This document shows, in pieces, positions 60,344 to 64,000 of a stretch of DNA of 64,000 bases (the first letter of the stretch is position 1; each line of letters opens with the position of its first letter). Location of the stretch: positions 608,001-672,000 of the forward strand of contig OZ219865.1 of NCBI GenBank assembly GCA_964291675.2. The letters run 5' to 3'. This stretch comes from Alphaproteobacteria bacterium. Lineage in GTDB: Bacteria > Pseudomonadota > Alphaproteobacteria > MPNO01. The notes below the pieces were generated by a model that saw only the letters and a list, made by a program, of their open reading frames with translations, was not told the origin of the DNA and did no database searches. Both the position numbers and the translations under genes were made by a program.

Positions 60344-60961
60344 ATGCGCAAGCCGGGCTCGATGAAGGCGCTGGAGGAGCTCGGCCGGGTGCGGCTCTCG
60401 CCGTCCTTCTTCATGCGCGACTTCCTGTACAGCGAGATCGCCGCGTTCCACGGCATCCCCAACATCCCCGACGACCCCGACCTCGCCATCGCCGCGGGCA
60501 AGCGGCTCTGCGAGACCCTGCTGGAGCCCTTGCGCGAGACCTTCGGGACGGTGTCGGTCCGCTCGGGCTACCGCTCGGAGGCGGTCAACGGCTTCGGCAA
60601 CCGCAACCGGCTCAACTGCGCCTCCAACGCAGCGAGCCTCGCGGGCCATATCTGGGATCGGCGCGACGCCGCGGGCCGCATGGGCGCCACCGCCTGTATC
60701 GCGATCCCGTGGTTCGCCGACCGCTACGCGGAGACCGGGGACTGGCGGCCGCTCGCCTGGTTCGTCCACGACCACCTGCCCTACTCAAAGCTGTGCTTCT
60801 TCCCCAGGCTCGCCGCCTTCAACATCCAGTGGCACGAGTGCCCGGCGCGGCGGATCGACAGCTATGCGCCGCCCAAAGGGTGCCTGACCCGGCCCGGCAT
60901 GCCGGGCTTCGAGGCCGATCACGCGGCGCTTTATGCCGGCTTCCCGCCGTTCCGGGGTTGA
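60344..60961 (+). CDS. Conserved hypothetical protein, peptidase M15-like fold
   Basis: RLSPSFFMRDFLYSE, LLEPL..FG, RSGYRS..VN, GHIWD. Confidence 0.6.
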   Translation: MRKPGSMKALEELGRVRLSPSFFMRDFLYSEIAAFHGIPNIPDDPDLAIAAGKRLCETLLEPLRETFGTVSVRSGYRSEAVNGFGNRNRLNCASNAASLAGHIWDRRDAAGRMGATACIAIPWFADRYAETGDWRPLAWFVHDHLPYSKLCFFPRLAAFNIQWHECPARRIDSYAPPKGCLTRPGMPGFEADHAALYAGFPPFRG

Positions 60962-60964
60962 GGG

Positions 60965-61936
60965 TCACGCCGCCTTGCGCAGCCGGTCGCGGTCGTGCGG
61001 GGTGGCGAGGTCGATGTCGGGGCCGAGCGGGACGATCCCGGTCGGGTTCACGTGCGGCATGTCGGCGTAGTAGCCGCGCTTGATGCCGGGGATGTCGGTC
61101 CGCTCGGCGATGCCGGGAAGCTGGTAAAGCTCGCGCAAATAGTTCGACAGGTTGGGATAGTCCTCGATCCGCCGCCTGTTGCACTTGAAATGGCCGTGAT
61201 AGACGAAGTCGAAGCGCACCAGGGTCGGATAGAGCCGCCAGTCGGCCTCGGTCAGGCGTTCGCCGCAGAGATAGCGCCGCTCGCCGAGCACTCTGTCGAG
61301 CCAGTCCAGCGTGTCGAACAGGGCGTTGCAGGCCTCCTCGTAGGCTGCTTGCGTCTTCGCGAAGCCGGTGCGGTAGACGCCGTTGTTGACGGTCTCGTAG
61401 ATGCGCGCGTTGAAGGCGTCGATCTCGGCCCGCAAATCCTCCGGGTAGAGGTCGAGCGGGGTCGCGCCGAGACCGTCGAACTCGCTGTTCAGCATGCGCA
61501 GGATTTCCGAGGACTCGTTGGAGACGATGGTCCATAGCCGCTTGTCGAACAGGGTCGGCACGGTGACCCGGCCGGAATAGTCGGGATCGGCGGCGACATA
61601 GGCCTGGTGCAGCTCGAACACGCCGTCGACCGGCTCGAGATCGCCGCCGATGCCTTGCGAATAGGCCCAGCTCCGCACCCGCGGCAGGTCCGAGAGCGTG
61701 ATCGAGATCGCGTCCTCCAGCCCCTTGAGATGGCGCACGATCTGCGTGCGGTGGGCCCACGGGCAGTTGGGCGCGAGAAACAGGTGATAGCGGCCCGGCT
61801 CGGCGGGAAAGCCGGAAGACCCGTCGGCGGTGATCCACGACCGGAACACCGATTCCGCGCGCACGAAGGCGCCGCCTTCCGGGTTGCGGTATCTCGCGTC
61901 GTCGTCGATCCACGCGCCGTCGATCAGCATGCCCAT
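60965..61936 (-). CDS. Glutathionyl-hydroquinone reductase (YqjG/Xi-class GST)
   Basis: GRYHL, CPWAHR, RVTVP.L.D, NESSEI, NNGVY, RFD.VY..HFKCN. Confidence 0.92.
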   Translation of the reverse strand: MGMLIDGAWIDDDARYRNPEGGAFVRAESVFRSWITADGSSGFPAEPGRYHLFLAPNCPWAHRTQIVRHLKGLEDAISITLSDLPRVRSWAYSQGIGGDLEPVDGVFELHQAYVAADPDYSGRVTVPTLFDKRLWTIVSNESSEILRMLNSEFDGLGATPLDLYPEDLRAEIDAFNARIYETVNNGVYRTGFAKTQAAYEEACNALFDTLDWLDRVLGERRYLCGERLTEADWRLYPTLVRFDFVYHGHFKCNRRRIEDYPNLSNYLRELYQLPGIAERTDIPGIKRGYYADMPHVNPTGIVPLGPDIDLATPHDRDRLRKAA

Positions 61937-62030
61937 GGCCGGTCCCTCCTTCGCCTGTGCGCCGCATGGCAATGTACTTCGTTCGGAATGGAAGTCGAGC
62001 GCGCCGCCGGGCACCGCAAGCGCGGCCTGG

Positions 62031-62126
62031 CGTCCCTCGATACGGCCCTTCGGGCCTACTCGGGATGAGGTAGATTGGACCCCCTCCCTCATCCTGAGTA
62101 GCGGCGAAGCCGCGTATCGAAGGACG
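62031..62126. repeat. REP/REPIN-like palindromic element, family B
   Basis: CGTCCCTCGATAC-GGCCCttcGGGCC-TACTCGGGATGAGG ... CCTCATCCTGAGTA-GCGGCgaaGCCGC-GTATCGAAGGACG. Confidence 0.88.
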
Positions 62127-62202
62127 CAGGGAGTCGCGCCGTCCCCGGCTTGACCCGCCGCCGGGGCGGCCGCTTACTGTGGGCCGCCGCGACAGGGGGA
62201 CG

Positions 62203-63363
62203 ATGATGGATTTCGAGCTTCCCGAAGAGCTTCGCATGATGAAGGACACGCTCCGGCGGTTCATCGACAACGAGGTGATCCTGATCGAGCGCGAGGCCTA
62301 TGACGGCCACCTGATGGTGCCGGAAGTCCGCGAGAAGCTGGAGGCGCGGGCGCGCGAGCTCGGGATCTGGATGATCGACATCCCCGAGGAGTATGGCGGC
62401 ATGGGGCTCGGCCTGCTGGCCCGGGTGCTGGTCTGGGAGGAGACCGGCCGCACCATCGCCTTCCCCCGGCGCAAGCCGTGGATCTTCGGCCCCGACGTGA
62501 GCCCGATCCTGCTCCAGTTCCTGCGCGACGACCAGAAGGACGACTATCTCTGGCCCTGCATAAGGGGCGAGAAATACGCCGCCTTCTGCCAGACCGAGCC
62601 GGATGCCGGCGGCGACCCGGCGAGCATTCGCACGACCGCGATCCGCGACGGCGACGCATACGTGATCAACGGCATGAAGCGCTTCGTCACCGGCGGGGAC
62701 CAGGCCGATTTCGCCCAGGTGGTCTGCGTCACCGACCGCGAGAAGGGCGCGCGCGGCGGCATCTCCTGCATCCTGGTCGACATGGACACGCCGGGCGTCG
62801 ACGTGATCCGCCGGCAGGAGACGATGATGGACGACCGGCCCTGCGAGGTCGGCTTCCACGACGTCCGCGTGCCGGCAACAAACCTGATCGGCAACGAGGG
62901 CGACGGGTTCCGCATGGCGCAGAACTGGATCACCTTCGGGCGCATGCGGCACGGCTCGCTCGGCATCGGCACGATGGAGCGCTGCCTGGAGCTCGGCGCC
63001 TCCTACGCAAAGCAACGGGTGACCTTCGGCAAGCCGCTCGCCGAACGGCAGGCGGTGCAGTGGATGCTGGTCGACACCTATGCCGAGCTGCACCAGCTCA
63101 GGCTGATGGTCTATGACGCCGCGTCGCGCTACGACCGGGGCGAGGACATCCGCTACCAGTCCTATATGTGCAAGTATGTCGGCGACCGCGGCGGCTTCGA
63201 GGCGGCCGACCGCTGTCTCCAGATCCATGGCGGGATCGGGCTCACCACCGATTTGCCGATCGAGAAGCTGTGGCGCGATCTGCGCTCGTTCATGATCACC
63301 GAGGGGCCGGAAGAGATCCTCAAGATGGCGCTCGCCCGCCACGTGCTCCGCGAATACGGTTGA
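62203..63363 (+). CDS. Acyl-CoA dehydrogenase
   Basis: PEEYGG, QTEPDAGGD, NGMKRFVT, R.TFGKPL, QIHGGIG, ITEGPEEI. Confidence 0.93.
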   Translation: MMDFELPEELRMMKDTLRRFIDNEVILIEREAYDGHLMVPEVREKLEARARELGIWMIDIPEEYGGMGLGLLARVLVWEETGRTIAFPRRKPWIFGPDVSPILLQFLRDDQKDDYLWPCIRGEKYAAFCQTEPDAGGDPASIRTTAIRDGDAYVINGMKRFVTGGDQADFAQVVCVTDREKGARGGISCILVDMDTPGVDVIRRQETMMDDRPCEVGFHDVRVPATNLIGNEGDGFRMAQNWITFGRMRHGSLGIGTMERCLELGASYAKQRVTFGKPLAERQAVQWMLVDTYAELHQLRLMVYDAASRYDRGEDIRYQSYMCKYVGDRGGFEAADRCLQIHGGIGLTTDLPIEKLWRDLRSFMITEGPEEILKMALARHVLREYG

Positions 63364-64000
63364 GCGCGACCGCCGACGGCGAAGGCAACACGCTCCGCGC
63401 CATGGCGATGATGCTGGTGGCGACCGTCGCGTTCACCTCCATGCACGCGATGATCCGCCACACGGCGGAGGGGCTTCACCCCTTCGAGGTCGCGTTCTTT
63501 CGCAACCTGTTCGGCCTCGTCTTCCTCGCCCCGGTGCTGTTCCGCTACGGCATCGCGCCGCTCAGGACGCGCAAGCTCAAGGTGCATGCGCTGCGCGGCA
63601 TCCTCAACCTCGCCTCGATGCTGTGCTTCTTCTACGCGGTCACCATCGCGCCCTTCGCCGACGTGACCGCGCTCACCTTCACTGCGCCGATCTTCGCCAG
63701 CGCGCTGGCGATCGTGTTTTTGGGCGAACGCGTCGGCGCGGTGCGCTGGGCGTCGATCGTCATCGGCTTCTTCGGGGCGATCGTGATCCTCCGCCCCGGC
63801 TTCGGCGAGATCGGGCTCGGCCCGATTCTGACCGTGACCGCGGCGCTGCTCTGGGCGCTCGCGATGCTGGTCATCAAGACCCTGACGCGGACCGAATCGA
63901 GCCTCACCATCACCGCCTACATGATGATCGTGCTGGCGCCGATGTCGTTCTTCGCCGCGCTGCCGTTCTGGACCTGGCCGGCGCCGGGGCAGTATCTTGA
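63360..64000 (+). CDS. DMT/EamA family transporter, runs off the right window edge
   Basis: Manual translation from TTG 63360: ..EVAFFRNLFG..LRG..TALTFTAPIF...FLGERVG..RW..I.IGFFGAIVILRPG; absent from the ORF track because it is truncated. Confidence 0.88.
   Translation, partial: MSATADGEGNTLRAMAMMLVATVAFTSMHAMIRHTAEGLHPFEVAFFRNLFGLVFLAPVLFRYGIAPLRTRKLKVHALRGILNLASMLCFFYAVTIAPFADVTALTFTAPIFASALAIVFLGERVGAVRWASIVIGFFGAIVILRPGFGEIGLGPILTVTAALLWALAMLVIKTLTRTESSLTITAYMMIVLAPMSFFAALPFWTWPAPGQYL

Overview
Very GC-rich, gene-dense bacterial chromosome segment. The ctaC-ctaD-ctaB-ctaG-ctaE-DUF983-SURF1 order, tldD, gshA-rsmE, ubiA and fdhD-mobA point to an alphaproteobacterium, possibly Rhodospirillales-like (inference). 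Positions 1 to ~37.6 kb are a continuous run of catabolic enzymes. They include an IlvD-type dehydratase, a tandem-OsmC protein, an enolase-family isomerase, a Rieske oxygenase with a glutamine-synthetase-like partner, a ThDP enzyme, MmgE/PrpD, ALDH, an amidohydrolase-fold protein with UbiD, an LLM monooxygenase, hydantoinase A/B, and a coupled Bad/Ali-like CoA pathway ending in a phosphatase and a sulfatase. No regulator or transporter is recognisable in that stretch. Positions ~37.6-64 kb hold transporters, the aa3 oxidase operon and housekeeping genes. I saw no rRNA, tRNA, CRISPR array, transposase or integrase. The most unusual signals are: (i) two families of REP/REPIN-like palindromes with covarying internal hairpins, nested around a small TM + coiled-coil gene at 10.9-11.65 kb; (ii) a second related small TM + coiled-coil gene at 17.8-18.0 kb with its own candidate promoter; (iii) an in-frame TGA inside an otherwise intact dehydrogenase; (iv) a GIY-YIG-like nuclease embedded between fdhD and mobA; (v) a candidate amidohydrolase-related dinuclear oxygenase next to UbiD. 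All calls come from reading motifs by eye; no searches were run, and several start codons are best guesses.
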